From NCBI GenBank assembly GCA_963842085.1, contig CAWJET010000001.1:832001-896000 (forward strand): a stretch of DNA of 64,000 bases, given 5' to 3'. The translations under genes and the position numbers were made by a program. This document shows positions 50,212 through 62,844 of this stretch, one piece after another. Source of the DNA: an uncultured delta proteobacterium. Lineage in GTDB: Bacteria > Desulfobacterota > Binatia > Binatales > Binataceae. The notes under the pieces are model-generated. The model did not search any database and was not told the origin of the DNA. It worked only from the letters and a program-made list of their open reading frames with translations. Each line of letters opens with the position of its first letter. The stretch's first letter is position 1.

Positions 50212-50757
50212 TCAGGCGGCCGCTTCGGGATGGTTCGGTGTGCGTCCGCGAAGCCGATTAATATCCTGCACGCTGCGCAGTTCGGCCAAAGCCTCCAGCG
50301 TCGCTTTGACCAGGTTGTGAGGATTCGACGACCCCAGCCGCTTGGTCAAAATGTTGCGGATTCCCGCCAGTTCGACCACGGCGCGTACGCCGCCCGCCGC
50401 GATGACTCCGGTGCCCTCGGCTGCGGGCCGCAGCACGACGCGGCCCGCGCCGAAACGTCCGACCACTTCGTGCGGAATCGTGCCTTCCTGAATCGGCACG
50501 CGCACCAGGCTTTTCTTGGCGCGATCGACGCCCTTGCGAATCGCCTCGGGCACTTCGTTGGCTTTGCCCAGGCCGAATCCGACCAGCCCGTTGTGATCGC
50601 CCGCGACGACCAGCGCGCTGAAGCTGAAGCGCCGTCCGCCCTTGACGACTTTCGCGACGCGGTTGATATGCACGACCTTCTCTTTGATCTCGAGGCCCTG
50701 CGGATCGATTCGCTGCGTGACAGCGCCCTCTCTAAGTGTTCGTTGCCTACCGTTCAA
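50212..50757 (-). CDS. rpsE: 30S ribosomal protein S5 (start TTG 50757 or ACG 50718)
   Basis: [33 protein letters not shown]. Confidence 0.93.
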   Translation of the reverse strand: MNGRQRTLREGAVTQRIDPQGLEIKEKVVHINRVAKVVKGGRRFSFSALVVAGDHNGLVGFGLGKANEVPEAIRKGVDRAKKSLVRVPIQEGTIPHEVVGRFGAGRVVLRPAAEGTGVIAAGGVRAVVELAGIRNILTKRLGSSNPHNLVKATLEALAELRSVQDINRLRGRTPNHPEAAA

Positions 50758-51116
50758 AATTTTAACCCCGCTTCGCGCGCCGCATCGGCCAGCGCCTTGA
50801 CGCGGCCGTGGTAGAGAAACCCGTTTCGGTCGAACACCACGCTCGAAATCCCGCTCTGGAGGCATCGCTCGGCAATCGCCTTGCCCACGGCCTTGGCCGC
50901 CGCCAGATCGCGCTTGCTCTTGAGCCCCTCGCGCACGCCGGCAGTGGCGGTGGAAGCCGCGGCCAGCGTACGTCCGCTCTCGTCTGAGATAACCTGGACG
51001 TAAATGTGATGCAGCGAGCGGAAGACCGAGAGCCGCGGGCGCTGGTCGTTGCCGACCGCCTTGCGCCGCACCCGGTGCTGGCGCAGCTTGCGTTTTTCTG
51101 ATCGCTCTACCGCCAT
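50754..51116 (-). CDS. rplR: 50S ribosomal protein L18
   Basis: [31 protein letters not shown]. Confidence 0.97.
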   Translation of the reverse strand: MAVERSEKRKLRQHRVRRKAVGNDQRPRLSVFRSLHHIYVQVISDESGRTLAAASTATAGVREGLKSKRDLAAAKAVGKAIAERCLQSGISSVVFDRNGFLYHGRVKALADAAREAGLKF

Positions 51117-51136
51117 AATCGCAACGACCTTTTTGC

Positions 51137-51688
51137 CTATGCCGCGGTCGAGCCCGCCGCAGCCTTGCCAGCCTTGCGGCGAATCGTCTCGGTCGCGTAC
51201 TTGATTCCCTTGCCCTTGTACGGTTCCGGCGGCCTGAGTTCGCGAATCTGCGCCGCGACCGTCCCGAGCAACTGCCGGTCCGCACTCTCGAGCGTGACGG
51301 TCACCTGTTTCTCGACCTTCGCGGTGACCCCTGGAGGAAGCTGATAGACGATCGGATGCGAATAGCCGAGCGTCAGGTTCACCTGCTGGCCCTTGGCCTC
51401 CGCGCGATAGCCGACGCCGTTTATTTCGAGCACGCGGGTAAAGCCCTTGCCCACGCCCTCGACCATGTTGGCGACCAGTTTGCGCATGAGACCGTGGATG
51501 GCGCGCTCTTCACTCGTGTCGCCCGGACGCTTCACGACGATTTCCGAGTCCTTGATCTCGGCGGTGAAACCGGGGTGAAGCCTGAGCTCGAGCTTGCCCT
51601 TGGGGCCCTCGACTTTGAGCGTCCCGCCGGCGAGCGACGCCTTGACGCTCTTGTCGAGATGAATCGGCAGTCTTCCTATTCGCGACAT
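51137..51688 (-). CDS. rplF: 50S ribosomal protein L6
   Basis: [24 protein letters not shown]. Confidence 0.97.
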   Translation of the reverse strand: MSRIGRLPIHLDKSVKASLAGGTLKVEGPKGKLELRLHPGFTAEIKDSEIVVKRPGDTSEERAIHGLMRKLVANMVEGVGKGFTRVLEINGVGYRAEAKGQQVNLTLGYSHPIVYQLPPGVTAKVEKQVTVTLESADRQLLGTVAAQIRELRPPEPYKGKGIKYATETIRRKAGKAAAGSTAA

Positions 51689-51694
51689 CGCTGA

Positions 51695-52093
51695 TTACCA
51701 GACCCTGCAGAGGATTTCGCCGCCGACTTTCCTGCGCCGCGCCTCGCGCCCGGTCATCACGCCAAGCGGCGTCGATACGATTTGCACGCCCATCGCGCCG
51801 CGCACCTTGCCGATCTCCGCGGCGCCCGCGTAGCGCCGATTGCTCGGCTTGCTGATGCGATCGATGCCGCGAATGACCGATTCGCGCGTTGGTGAGTAGC
51901 GAAGTTTGAGCGCCAGCATCTTCTTCGGCGCTTCACCGCCAACTTCGACGCCGCCGAGAAAGCCTTCGGCCATCAGCACGCGGCAAATCGCCTCGCGCAG
52001 CCGTGAATGGGGCACCGTGAGTTCATTGTACCGCGCGCGCATCGCGTTGCGGATTCGCGTGAGCAGTTCTGCAATCGGATCGGTCTGCGACAT
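51695..52093 (-). CDS. rpsH: 30S ribosomal protein S8
   Basis: TDPIAELLTRIRNA, GGEILCRVW. Confidence 0.97.
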   Translation of the reverse strand: MSQTDPIAELLTRIRNAMRARYNELTVPHSRLREAICRVLMAEGFLGGVEVGGEAPKKMLALKLRYSPTRESVIRGIDRISKPSNRRYAGAAEIGKVRGAMGVQIVSTPLGVMTGREARRRKVGGEILCRVW

Positions 52094-52105
52094 GATTCGT
52101 CTCTT

Positions 52106-52291
52106 TTACCAGCTCGCCTTGATCACGCCCGGCAGCTTGCCGTCGAGCGCCAGTTTGCGCAGGCATAGCCTGCACATCTTGAAACGCCGGTAGTACGCGC
52201 GCGAGCGTCCGCACAGCGGGCAGCGGTTGTACTGGCGCACTTTGAATTTTTGTTTGCGGGTTGCCTTAACCCGCAGGCACGTTTTCGCCAT
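52106..52291 (-). CDS. rpsN: 30S ribosomal protein S14 (61-aa zinc-binding type)
   Basis: MAKT..., [20 protein letters not shown]. Confidence 0.95.
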   Translation of the reverse strand: MAKTCLRVKATRKQKFKVRQYNRCPLCGRSRAYYRRFKMCRLCLRKLALDGKLPGVIKASW

Positions 52292-52301
52292 TCGACTGTC
52301 C

Positions 52302-53141
52302 TTATGCCCCCTGCTCCGGCGTCGGCGGCGGCGCTGCCGCCGCTGCGACCGCAGCTTTCGCGGCCGCATGAGCCTGCGCGACTGCGGCCGCCCTGGCGGC
52401 GTCCGCCTCGCGCTCGGCCGCTCCGCGCATCGGCATCCCGAGCGCGCGCAGGAGAGTCAGCCCTTCGAAATCGCTGCGCGCCGTGGTCGTGATCGAAATC
52501 GTCAAGCCCTTAACCTTCTCGACCTTGTCGAGGTTGAGTTCGGGAAAAATCGTATGTTCCTTCAGCCCGAGCGAGTAATTGCCGCGGCCGTCGAACGCCT
52601 TGTCGCTGACGCCGCGGAAGTCACGCACGCGCGGCAGCGAGATATTCACCAGCCGGTCGAAAAACTCCCACATCTTTTCGCGCCGCAGCGTTACCATCAC
52701 GCCGATCGGCATCCCCTGGCGCAGCTTGAAGTTCGATATCGCCTTGCGCGCGCGCGTCAGTACCGGCTTCTGCCCGGCAATCACCTTGAGCTCCTCGAGA
52801 GCGGAATCGAGAACCTTGACGTTGTCGCGCGCTTCCTGCAGCGCCATGTTGATCGTGATCTTCTTAAGCCGCGGCACCCGCATCTTGTTGTCGATTTTGA
52901 GCTCGCGCATCAGCGCCGGCGCGATCTCATTCTCGAACCGAACGCGCAGGCGCGCGGGCAGCTTGGGTTCCGGCGGCAGCGGCGCCGCCGCCGCGGCCTT
53001 GGCCTCTTCGGCCGCCTGCTTCTGCTGAGCCTGCCGGGCCTTGCCTTCGCGCTTGGCCTTGGCCGCCTGGTCGGACTTGGCGGTCTGCTCGGCCTTGGCC
53101 GCCTGCTCGGCCTTGTCGGGCTTTTCCTTTTTGTCGGCCAT
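52302..53141 (-). CDS. rplE: 50S ribosomal protein L5 with long N- and C-terminal extensions
   Basis: Core [26 protein letters not shown]. Confidence 0.95.
   Translation of the reverse strand: MADKKEKPDKAEQAAKAEQTAKSDQAAKAKREGKARQAQQKQAAEEAKAAAAAPLPPEPKLPARLRVRFENEIAPALMRELKIDNKMRVPRLKKITINMALQEARDNVKVLDSALEELKVIAGQKPVLTRARKAISNFKLRQGMPIGVMVTLRREKMWEFFDRLVNISLPRVRDFRGVSDKAFDGRGNYSLGLKEHTIFPELNLDKVEKVKGLTISITTTARSDFEGLTLLRALGMPMRGAAEREADAARAAAVAQAHAAAKAAVAAAAAPPPTPEQGA
53061..53114 (-). repeat. three imperfect tandem 18-nt repeats in the rplE 5' extension
   Basis: AAGGCCGAGCAGGCGGCC / AAGGCCGAGCAGACCGCC / AAGTCCGACCAGGCGGCC, encoding [18 protein letters not shown]. Confidence 0.8.
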
Positions 53142-53473
53142 CAGTCGTTACCTATAGCTTCGCCGCATCGCCGGCAGACGCGGGTCTTGTCGCCGTCGCC
53201 GGCAATCTTGACCCCGACCCTGACCGGGGCGTTGCAGCGATCGCAAAAAATCATGACGTTCGAGATGGCGATGGGCGCTTCCTTCTCGACGATTCCACCG
53301 GGGCTCTGCGCGCCGCGCGGCTTGCTGTGACGCTTGACGATATTGAGCCGCTCGATCACGACGCGTCCGCGTTCGGGCAGCACACGCATTACCTTGCCGG
53401 TCTTGCCGCGGTCGCGGCCGGTGACGACCATCACAGTGTCATTCTTCTTAATCTTGCATTTCGCCGACGCCAT
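53141..53473 (-). CDS. rplX: 50S ribosomal protein L24
   Basis: [31 protein letters not shown]; start ATG 53473. Confidence 0.95.
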   Translation of the reverse strand: MASAKCKIKKNDTVMVVTGRDRGKTGKVMRVLPERGRVVIERLNIVKRHSKPRGAQSPGGIVEKEAPIAISNVMIFCDRCNAPVRVGVKIAGDGDKTRVCRRCGEAIGND

Positions 53474-53841
53474 CACAGCACCTCCGGCGCGAGCGAGATT
53501 ATTTTCAGAAATTTCTTCGCACGAAGTTCCCTGGCCACGGGGCCGAAGATGCGGGTGCCGACCGGTTCGTGATCCTTGTCGAGCAGCACGGCGGAGTTTT
53601 CGTCGAAGCGGATGTAACTGCCGTCGTCGCGACTGATTTCCTTGGCCGTGCGCACGATCACCGCGCGCGACACGTCGCCTTTTTTGACCTTGGCGTTGGG
53701 AATCGCCTCTTTCACTGCGACCACGATCACGTCTCCGACCGACGCGTACCGGCGCTTGGAGCCGCCGATCACCTTGATGCACATCACTTTGCGGGCGCCC
53801 GAGTTGTCGGCGACATCCAGAACGGTTTGTACCTGCACCAT
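53473..53841 (-). CDS. rplN: 50S ribosomal protein L14
   Basis: [22 protein letters not shown]. Confidence 0.98.
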   Translation of the reverse strand: MVQVQTVLDVADNSGARKVMCIKVIGGSKRRYASVGDVIVVAVKEAIPNAKVKKGDVSRAVIVRTAKEISRDDGSYIRFDENSAVLLDKDHEPVGTRIFGPVARELRAKKFLKIISLAPEVL

Positions 53842-53847
53842 CGCGCG

Positions 53848-54102
53848 CTACCCCGCAGCCTTTTTGAGGACGCGGCTGACGCGCCAGCGCTTGTTCTTCG
53901 AGAGCGGACGCGACTCGATAATCTGCACGCGGTCGCCTTCCTTGCACTCGCCGCGCTCGTCATGCGCCATGAACTTGGTGCTGCGGCGCACGCGCTTGCC
54001 GTACAGGGCATGCTCGACCATGCGGTCGACCCTGACCAACACGGTCTTGGTCATCTTGGCGGACACCACCGTGCCCTCGCGCCGTTTAATTCGCTCCCGC
54101 AT
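53848..54102 (-). CDS. rpsQ: 30S ribosomal protein S17
   Basis: [20 protein letters not shown]. Confidence 0.97.
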   Translation of the reverse strand: MRERIKRREGTVVSAKMTKTVLVRVDRMVEHALYGKRVRRSTKFMAHDERGECKEGDRVQIIESRPLSKNKRWRVSRVLKKAAG

Positions 54103-54305
54103 TGCCTTCCTTCTTGTCCGCCGCCTCGCGGCGCGCCTTCTCGCCGAGCAAAGTCATGATCAGCGCCAGCTCGCGGCGCGCGCGCCGGTAGCCGGCGTGA
54201 TTATCGAGCTGATTGGTGCGCAGCTTCAGGCGCAGGCGGAACACTTCCTCGCGCGCCTCGCGCTCCTTGACCCGCAAATCCGGCGCGGTCATCTGCCTGA
54301 GTTCG

Positions 54306-54316
<11 letters not shown>
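54086..54316 (-). CDS. rpmC: 50S ribosomal protein L29
   Basis: ELR...F.LR....T.QL.N; expected position. Confidence 0.9.
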
Positions 54317-54731
<415 letters not shown>

Positions 54732-54740
54732 CTTACTTCG

Positions 54741-55418
54741 TCAATTCGCCTGCGCCGGCGCGCCAGCGCGTTTCGCGTCCGCATCCTTGCGGGTGAGAAC
54801 TTCGCCCCTGAAAATCCAGACCTTCACGCCGATCTGGCCGTAGGTCGTGCGCGCTTCGGCAAAGCCGTAGGCCACGTCCGCGCGCAGCGTCTGCAGCGGC
54901 ACGCGGCCTTCGCGGTACCATTCCTGGCGCGCGATTTCCGCACCGCCCAGCCGTCCCGCGACGTGCACCTTGACGCCCTGCGCACCCATCCGCATCGCGC
55001 GCGTGACGGCCTCTTTCATCGCGCGGCGAAACGCCACGCGGCGCTCGAGCTGGAGCGCGATATTCTCGGCCACGAGCTGCGGGTCGAGGTCGGGGCGGCG
55101 CACCTCGTGGATATTGATAAACGAGTCGCGCCCCTTCATCAGCTTCTGGATGTCGAGCTTGAGCTTGTCGATCTCCGCGCCCTTCTTGCCGATGACGATG
55201 CCTGGACGCGCCGTGTAGATATTTATCTTGGCCTTGTTGGCCATCCGCTCGATTTCAATCCGCGAGATGCCCGCGTGGTAGAGCCGCTTCTTGATAAAAT
55301 CACGCAGCTTCAAATCTTCGTGCAGCAGCTTGGCGTAGTCGTGGCTCGCATACCATCGGGAGTCCCAGCTCTCGATGATGCCGAGGCGAAAACCGCGCGG
55401 ATGTACTTTCTGTCCCAT
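54741..55418 (-). CDS. rpsC: 30S ribosomal protein S3
   Basis: [33 protein letters not shown]. Confidence 0.97.
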   Translation of the reverse strand: MGQKVHPRGFRLGIIESWDSRWYASHDYAKLLHEDLKLRDFIKKRLYHAGISRIEIERMANKAKINIYTARPGIVIGKKGAEIDKLKLDIQKLMKGRDSFINIHEVRRPDLDPQLVAENIALQLERRVAFRRAMKEAVTRAMRMGAQGVKVHVAGRLGGAEIARQEWYREGRVPLQTLRADVAYGFAEARTTYGQIGVKVWIFRGEVLTRKDADAKRAGAPAQAN

Positions 55419-55426
55419 AGGAGACC

Positions 55427-55765
55427 TCAGGACGCCCGTTCGTCCACGATTACCGTGAGATGGCTGGTGCGTTTGTGGATCGGCGTCGCATGCATATGCG
55501 CGCGCGTGAGCGAGCGCTTCCAGGTCGGCCCGGTGTCGGCCGTCGCGCGTTTTACAAACAACTTGTCCTCGTCGATGTTCTGCTGATCGCGTGCGTTGGC
55601 GATTGCGGCGAGCAGAGTCTTCGAGACGAATCGGGCCGCCTTTTTGGGCGTGAACTCGAGAATCGACAGCGCCTGATCGACTTGCTTGCCCGCGATCAGT
55701 TCGCACACAAGCTGGAGCTTGCGCGGCGAGATCCTGATAAAGCGCGTACGCGACACGGATTCCAT
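55427..55765 (-). CDS. rplV: 50S ribosomal protein L22
   Basis: [19 protein letters not shown]. Confidence 0.96.
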   Translation of the reverse strand: MESVSRTRFIRISPRKLQLVCELIAGKQVDQALSILEFTPKKAARFVSKTLLAAIANARDQQNIDEDKLFVKRATADTGPTWKRSLTRAHMHATPIHKRTSHLTVIVDERAS

Positions 55766-55771
55766 GACCGC

Positions 55772-56101
55772 TTACGCCTTGGCCGCCGCAGGCGGTGCTG
55801 CCAGCGCGGCGGGAGCGGCTGCCGCCTTCACTTCGCCCTTGCGATCGCCGGCATGACCGTGGAAAGTGCGGGTCGGCGCGAATTCGCCGAGCTTGTGGCC
55901 GACCATATTCTCGGTGCAGTACACCGGGATGAACTTGTGGCCGTTATGGACGGCGAACGTCAGCGCGATCATGTCCGGCGTGATCATCGAGCGCCGCGAC
56001 CAGGTCTTGATGATTCGCTTGTCACCCGAGGCGGTCGCGGACGTGACTTTCTTCTGTAGATGGCCGTCGACGAACGGACCTTTTTTAAGTGACCTGGCCA
56101 T
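55772..56101 (-). CDS. rpsS: 30S ribosomal protein S19
   Basis: [28 protein letters not shown]. Confidence 0.98.
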   Translation of the reverse strand: MARSLKKGPFVDGHLQKKVTSATASGDKRIIKTWSRRSMITPDMIALTFAVHNGHKFIPVYCTENMVGHKLGEFAPTRTFHGHAGDRKGEVKAAAAPAALAAPPAAAKA

Positions 56102-56106
56102 AACTC

Positions 56107-56937
56107 TTAATGCTTCCCGCGCGGCCGGCGGCTGACGATCAGGCTGTCCGACGGCTGCTGCTTGCGCGTCTTGTATCCCTTAGCGGGCTGGCCCCACGGC
56201 GACTGGGGATGGTTTCCTTTCGACTTGCCCTCGCCACCGCCGTGCGGATGGTCAACCGGGTTCATCGCGACTCCACGCACATGACCGCGCTTGCCGAGCC
56301 ATCGCGAGCGCCCGGCCTTGCCGATCGAAATATTTTCATGGTCGAGGTTACCGACCTGGCCGATAGTGGCGCGGCAATCCGCCTGCACCATCCGCTGCTC
56401 GCCCGAAGGCAGCTTGAGCAGCGCCATCTTGCCCTCTTTCGCCATCAACTGCGCCTGCACACCGGCGCCGCGCGCGAGCTTCGCGCCGGCGCCCGGCTTC
56501 ATCTCGATCGCATGAACCACGGTGCCGAGCGGTATGTTCTTGAGCATCAGCGCGTTGCCCGGCTTGATGTCGGCGTTCTCGCCCGATTCGACTTTGGCGC
56601 CGACCTTGAGGCCGTCAGGCGCAAGGATGTAGGTCTTGACGCCGTCGGCATAGTGCAGCAGCGCTATGTTGGCGGAGCGATTGGGATCGTATTCGAGCGC
56701 GGCGACCACAGCCGGAATCCCGTCGCGGTTGCGCTTGAAGTCGATCAGGCGCAGGCGGCGCTTATGCCCGCCGCCGCGATGACGCGAAGTCATGCGGCCG
56801 CGATTGTTGCGTCCACCGGTGCGCTTGACCGGGACCAGCAGGCTTTTCTCGGGCTCTTTCTTGGTGAGCTCGGAGAAATCCGCCACCTGCATGAAGCGCT
56901 GCCCGGGCGTGCGCGGATTAAGTTGTATAACAGCCAT
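56107..56937 (-). CDS. rplB: 50S ribosomal protein L2
   Basis: [25 protein letters not shown]. Confidence 0.98.
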   Translation of the reverse strand: MAVIQLNPRTPGQRFMQVADFSELTKKEPEKSLLVPVKRTGGRNNRGRMTSRHRGGGHKRRLRLIDFKRNRDGIPAVVAALEYDPNRSANIALLHYADGVKTYILAPDGLKVGAKVESGENADIKPGNALMLKNIPLGTVVHAIEMKPGAGAKLARGAGVQAQLMAKEGKMALLKLPSGEQRMVQADCRATIGQVGNLDHENISIGKAGRSRWLGKRGHVRGVAMNPVDHPHGGGEGKSKGNHPQSPWGQPAKGYKTRKQQPSDSLIVSRRPRGKH

Positions 56938-57018
56938 TTTTCAGTTGCCTGATTCGCTATCTCTTATCTAACTCGCTCCAAACTCCCTTCCCCACATCGC
57001 GCTCCGACACGCTTCCGC

Positions 57019-57309
57019 CTACAGGCCTTCGAAGAACTCGATCTTGTCGCCTTCCTTGAGGGTTACGTAGGCTTTCTTCCAGTCCATCTGGCGTCCCTTG
57101 ATTGCGCCTTTTTTCCGTTCCTTGCCCATGAAGTTCGAGGTGCGGACTTTAATCACGGTGACGTTGAACAGATGCTCGACCGCCTCGCGAATCTTGTCCT
57201 TGCTCGCCCCGGGGCGCACGCGGAACAGAACCTGTCCGGCCTTTTCGCTGGCCATCGTGCCCTTCTCGGTAATGATGGGCGCGAGAATCAGGCTCTCGGG
57301 GCTGCTCAT
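57019..57309 (-). CDS. rplW: 50S ribosomal protein L23
   Basis: PIITEK, WKKAYVTL. Confidence 0.96.
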   Translation of the reverse strand: MSSPESLILAPIITEKGTMASEKAGQVLFRVRPGASKDKIREAVEHLFNVTVIKVRTSNFMGKERKKGAIKGRQMDWKKAYVTLKEGDKIEFFEGL

Positions 57310-57965
57310 TTCGCTTCTCCGGCAAATCGGGCCTCGATCGCCTTGGCGGTCTGACTGGTCATCACGAGTTCCCGGTAGTTGAGCACGTCGTAAACGTTAA
57401 GCCCTTCAATCGCGAGCACCTTGTGGGCGGCGAGATTGCGCGCGGCGAGAAAAAACTTACCGTCGCTTTCTCCCGTCACGATCAACGCATGTTCGACGCC
57501 GAGCTTGCCGAGCGCCGCCTTGGCAGCCTTGGTTTTCGGCTCCGGCAAATCGAGCGACTCGACGACGAACAACTTGCCGTTTTTGGCGCGGTCGGAAATC
57601 GCCAGGCAGAGCGCGGCACGCCACGCCTTTTTCGGCATCTTGTACGAATAGTCGCGCGGCTGCGGGCCGAAGATCGTGCCGCCGTGACGCCACAACGGCG
57701 AGCGCGTCGAGCCGGCGCGCGCGCGTCCCGTGCCCTTCTGCCGCCACGGCTTGCGGCCGCCGCCCGAGATGAGTCCCTTGGTCTTGGTGGACGCAGTTCC
57801 CGAGCGCCGGTTGGCAAGCTGCATCCGCACCGCCTCGTGCAGCAGCGATAGGTCGCCGTCGCGGCCGAAGACGGTGCCCGCGACCTCGAGCTCGCCGACT
57901 TTCTCGTGCGACGCCGAGTACAGCGGCAGCTTGACCGGCGATTGATTTTCTTTTCGCTCAGGCAC
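57306..57965 (-). CDS. rplD: 50S ribosomal protein L4
   Basis: KPWRQKGTGRARAGS.RSP.WR.GG..FGP.PR. Confidence 0.97.
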   Translation of the reverse strand: MPERKENQSPVKLPLYSASHEKVGELEVAGTVFGRDGDLSLLHEAVRMQLANRRSGTASTKTKGLISGGGRKPWRQKGTGRARAGSTRSPLWRHGGTIFGPQPRDYSYKMPKKAWRAALCLAISDRAKNGKLFVVESLDLPEPKTKAAKAALGKLGVEHALIVTGESDGKFFLAARNLAAHKVLAIEGLNVYDVLNYRELVMTSQTAKAIEARFAGEAK

Positions 57966-58629
57966 TGGCGGTCACCTTGACGTTCGCGCGGCGGCGCGGG
58001 CGGGCCGCGTGATGGACGATGAGCAACGCGCCGTCGGGTCCGGGCACCGCGCCCGACACGACGACTGCGTTGTCGTCGGCAAGTATCTCGAGCACTTCGA
58101 GATTCAGGATCGAGGCGGTCGCGTTGCCCATCTGCCCCGCCATCCGCATGCCCTTGCGCACGCGTCCGGGATAGGAGCGGTTGCCGATCGAGCCGCCGTG
58201 ACGGAAATATTCGTGAGTGCCGTGGGAGCCGGGGAAGCCGGAAAAGTGATGCCGCTTGATGACGCCGGCGTAGCCGTGGCCCTTCGAGACTCCGGTTACA
58301 TCGACCTGGTCGCCGACCTTGAACACGTCGGCCGCCGCGATCGGCTGTCCGAGCGTCAACTCGCCCTCGCCGCGCCGCTCGAACTCGCCCGACTTGATTC
58401 CGGCCGCGATCTTGGCCTTGGCAAAATGGCCGCGCTCGCCGCTGGTCACCCGGCTCAGCTTCTTCTTGCCGAACGTGACCTGCACGGCATCGTAGCCGTC
58501 AGTCGCCGCGGTCTTCACCTGCGACACGGTGCATGGCCCAAGCGTCAACACGGTGGCGGCGCGCACGCGGCCGGCCGGGTCGGTCACCTGGGTCATTCCA
58601 ATTTTCTTTCCAATCAATCCGGTCAGCAT
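57958..58629 (-). CDS. rplC: 50S ribosomal protein L3
   Basis: GKKIGMTQ, DGYDAVQ, GSIG...PGRV.KG.RMAG. Confidence 0.97.
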   Translation of the reverse strand: MLTGLIGKKIGMTQVTDPAGRVRAATVLTLGPCTVSQVKTAATDGYDAVQVTFGKKKLSRVTSGERGHFAKAKIAAGIKSGEFERRGEGELTLGQPIAAADVFKVGDQVDVTGVSKGHGYAGVIKRHHFSGFPGSHGTHEYFRHGGSIGNRSYPGRVRKGMRMAGQMGNATASILNLEVLEILADDNAVVVSGAVPGPDGALLIVHHAARPRRRANVKVTASA

Positions 58630-58634
58630 CGGCC

Positions 58635-58943
58635 CTACTCGAGCTTGATTTCGACGTCCACGCCCGCAGCCAGATCGAGCTTGCCCAGCGCGTCGATGGT
58701 CTGCTGGGTCGGCTCGAGGACGTCGAGCAGACGTTTGTGAGTCCGAATTTCAAAATGCTCGCGCGACTTCTTATCGACGTGCGGCGAGCGGTTGACGGTG
58801 AAGCGCTCTATGCGCGTGGGCAGCGGAATCGGACCGGCCACGCGGCCGCCGGTGCGGCGGATGGTGTCCACGATTTCGCGCACCGACTGATCGAGCAGGC
58901 GGTAGTCGTACGCCTTCAGGCGTATGCGTATCTTGTCGTTCAT
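58635..58943 (-). CDS. rpsJ: 30S ribosomal protein S10
   Basis: [27 protein letters not shown]. Confidence 0.98.
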   Translation of the reverse strand: MNDKIRIRLKAYDYRLLDQSVREIVDTIRRTGGRVAGPIPLPTRIERFTVNRSPHVDKKSREHFEIRTHKRLLDVLEPTQQTIDALGKLDLAAGVDVEIKLE

Positions 58944-59019
58944 CTAAGAAATACCGCGCCCGCTTCGTTCAGCGCTCCGCTCCATCTCCGCTCGATTGCG
59001 CACCATCCGTCGGTGTCCG

Positions 59020-60219
<1,200 letters not shown>

Positions 60220-60257
60220 TGATGTATCCTCCGATTGAGCGCGTTGCTCACGAGTCG

Positions 60258-62351
60258 TTATGCACGCGCGCGCGAATCGCCTCCTTCGGCGTTGCGCGCC
60301 GTCAACTCTTCAAAAATATTTCGCGGCACGGGTTCATACGCGCCGAACTGCATGGTGTAAGTCGCGCGGCCCTGGGTCATCGAGCGCAGCCGGGTGGCGT
60401 AGCCGAACATCGTCGCGAGCGGGACGCGGGCCTCGATCACCTGCGCGCCGGCGCGATTTTCCATGTCGAGAATCTTGCCGCGCCGCCCGCTGAGATCGCC
60501 GATCACCTCGCCCATGAACTCCTGCGGCGTGACAACCTCGACCTCCATCACCGGCTCGAGCAGAATCGGCTCGGCCTTTTCGCAGGCTTCCTTGAACGCC
60601 ATCGAGCCGGCGATTTTGAACGCCAGTTCCGACGAGTCTACTTCGTGGTACTTGCCGTCGAGCACGGTGGCTTTAATATCGACCATCGGGTAGCCGGCCA
60701 CGACGCCGTTTTCCATCGCCTCTTTCACGCCGTCTTCAATCGACGGAATGAAATTGCGCGGAATCGAGCCGCCCTTGGTGCCGTCCTCGAACTCGAAGCC
60801 GATGCCCTTGGCGAGCGGCTCGATGCGCAAATCGACGACACCGTACTGGCCGTGGCCGCCGCTCTGACGCACGAACTTGCCCTCGGCCTCGGACGCGCGC
60901 TTGATCGTCTCGCGATAGGCGACCTGCGGCTTGCCGATATTGGCGTCGACTTTGAACTCGCGCAGCATCCGATCGACGATAATCTCGAGATGCAGTTCGC
61001 CCATGCCGGCGATGAGCGTCTGCGAGGTTTCCTTGTTGACGCTGACGCGGAACGACGGATCTTCCTTGGCCAGCTTCTGCAGCGCCTCGGCCAGCTTTTC
61101 CTGGTCGGCCTTGGTCTTGGGCTCGATCGCGATCTGGATGACGGGCGCGGGAAACTCGATCGATTCGAGCACGATCGGCGCGGCCGGATCGCACAGCGTG
61201 TCGCCGGTGTTGGTATCGCGCAGCCCGACGGCGCAAATCTCGCCGGCGTAAACTTCGCTCAGCTCCTCGCGCTTGTTCGCATGCATCTTGAACATGCGGC
61301 CGACGCGTTCGCGCTTGCTGCGGGTCGAGTTGAGCACCGAGGTCCCGGTCTCGAGCTTGCCCGAGTACACGCGCAGGAAAGTCAGCGTGCCGAGGTACGG
61401 GTCGGTCATTATCTTGAAGGCGAGCGCCGAGAACGGCGCGTCGTCGCGCGGCCATCGCTCTTCGATCTTGTCGCCGACCTTGCCGACCACGGGCGGCAGG
61501 TCCAGCGGCGACGGCAGGTAGTCGACCACCGCGTCGAGCATCGGCTGCACGCCCTTGTTGCGAAACGCTGAGCCGAGCAGCACCGGCGTAATCGACATCT
61601 TGAGCGTGGCGGCGCGGATCGCGGCGCGAATCGCGTCGGGCGCGGGCGCCTTGCCCTCGAGATAAAGCTCCATGATGTGCTCGTCGTGATCGGCGAGCGT
61701 CTCGATCATCTTGTCGCGGTATCCGGCGGCCTGCTCTTTCAAATCGGCCGGGATGTCCGTGACGCGATACTCCGCGCCGAGACGATCTTCATCCCAAATG
61801 AGCGCCTTCTGATCGATCAGATCGACCAGCCCGGTGAATTTTTCCTCGGCCCCAATCGGCAGATGCAACAGCAGCGGCGTGGCCTTGAGCTTGTCGCGCA
61901 TTTCCTGCACCACGCGCTCGAACTCGGCGCCGACGCGATCCATCTTGTTGATGAATGCGACCCGCGGCACGCGGTACTTGTCGGCCTGGCGCCAGACGGT
62001 CTCCGACTGCGGCTCGACGCCGCCGACCGCGCAGAACACCGCGACCGCGCCGTCAAGCACGCGCAGGCTGCGCTCGACCTCAATCGTGAAATCGACGTGC
62101 CCCGGCGTGTCGATGATATTGATGCGGTTGTCGCGCCAGAAGCAGGTGGTCGCCGCCGACGTGATCGTGATGCCGCGCTCCTGCTCCTGCACCATCCAGT
62201 CCATCGTCGCGGTGCCTTCGTGCACCTCGCCGATCTTGTAGTTGATACCGGTGTAGAAGAGCACGCGCTCTGTGGTGGTGGTCTTGCCGGCATCGATGTG
62301 GGCCATGATGCCGATATTGCGCACCCGTTCTATTGGTGTCTGACGAGCCAT
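60258..62351 (-). CDS. fusA: elongation factor G
   Basis: [29 protein letters not shown]. Confidence 0.99.
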   Translation of the reverse strand: MARQTPIERVRNIGIMAHIDAGKTTTTERVLFYTGINYKIGEVHEGTATMDWMVQEQERGITITSAATTCFWRDNRINIIDTPGHVDFTIEVERSLRVLDGAVAVFCAVGGVEPQSETVWRQADKYRVPRVAFINKMDRVGAEFERVVQEMRDKLKATPLLLHLPIGAEEKFTGLVDLIDQKALIWDEDRLGAEYRVTDIPADLKEQAAGYRDKMIETLADHDEHIMELYLEGKAPAPDAIRAAIRAATLKMSITPVLLGSAFRNKGVQPMLDAVVDYLPSPLDLPPVVGKVGDKIEERWPRDDAPFSALAFKIMTDPYLGTLTFLRVYSGKLETGTSVLNSTRSKRERVGRMFKMHANKREELSEVYAGEICAVGLRDTNTGDTLCDPAAPIVLESIEFPAPVIQIAIEPKTKADQEKLAEALQKLAKEDPSFRVSVNKETSQTLIAGMGELHLEIIVDRMLREFKVDANIGKPQVAYRETIKRASEAEGKFVRQSGGHGQYGVVDLRIEPLAKGIGFEFEDGTKGGSIPRNFIPSIEDGVKEAMENGVVAGYPMVDIKATVLDGKYHEVDSSELAFKIAGSMAFKEACEKAEPILLEPVMEVEVVTPQEFMGEVIGDLSGRRGKILDMENRAGAQVIEARVPLATMFGYATRLRSMTQGRATYTMQFGAYEPVPRNIFEELTARNAEGGDSRARA

Positions 62352-62367
62352 CTAAAAAAACTCGGTA

Positions 62368-62838
62368 TTACCAGCGGTAGTGGGCGAACGCCCTGTTGGC
62401 GTCCGCCATTCGATGCGTGTCTTCGCGCTTCTTGACCGCGCCGCCCCGATTGGCGGCCGCGTCGAGGATTTCCGCGGCCAACCGCTCTTCCATCGACCTC
62501 TCGCCACGCGCGCGCGCCGCGGTCACCAGCCATCTCATCGCCAGCGAATTGCGACGCGCGGGACGCACCTCGCTCGGCACCTGGTAGTTGGCGCCGCCGA
62601 CCCGGCGCGAGCGGACCTCGACGGCGGGACGAACGTTGTCGAGAGCGCGCTTGAAGACCACCAGACCGTCTTCCTTCGAGCGCTCGGCGGCGAGATCGAG
62701 CGCGTGATAAAAAATCTGCTCGGCGAGCGACTTCTTGCCGCGCTCCATCACGACGTTCATGAACTTCGCGACAGTGCGGTCGTGATACTTGGGGTCCGCC
62801 GGAACTTCGCGGACGCGTATTTGTCCTTTGCGCGACAT
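62368..62838 (-). CDS. rpsG: 30S ribosomal protein S7
   Basis: [26 protein letters not shown]. Confidence 0.98.
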   Translation of the reverse strand: MSRKGQIRVREVPADPKYHDRTVAKFMNVVMERGKKSLAEQIFYHALDLAAERSKEDGLVVFKRALDNVRPAVEVRSRRVGGANYQVPSEVRPARRNSLAMRWLVTAARARGERSMEERLAAEILDAAANRGGAVKKREDTHRMADANRAFAHYRW

Positions 62839-62844
62839 TTGACT

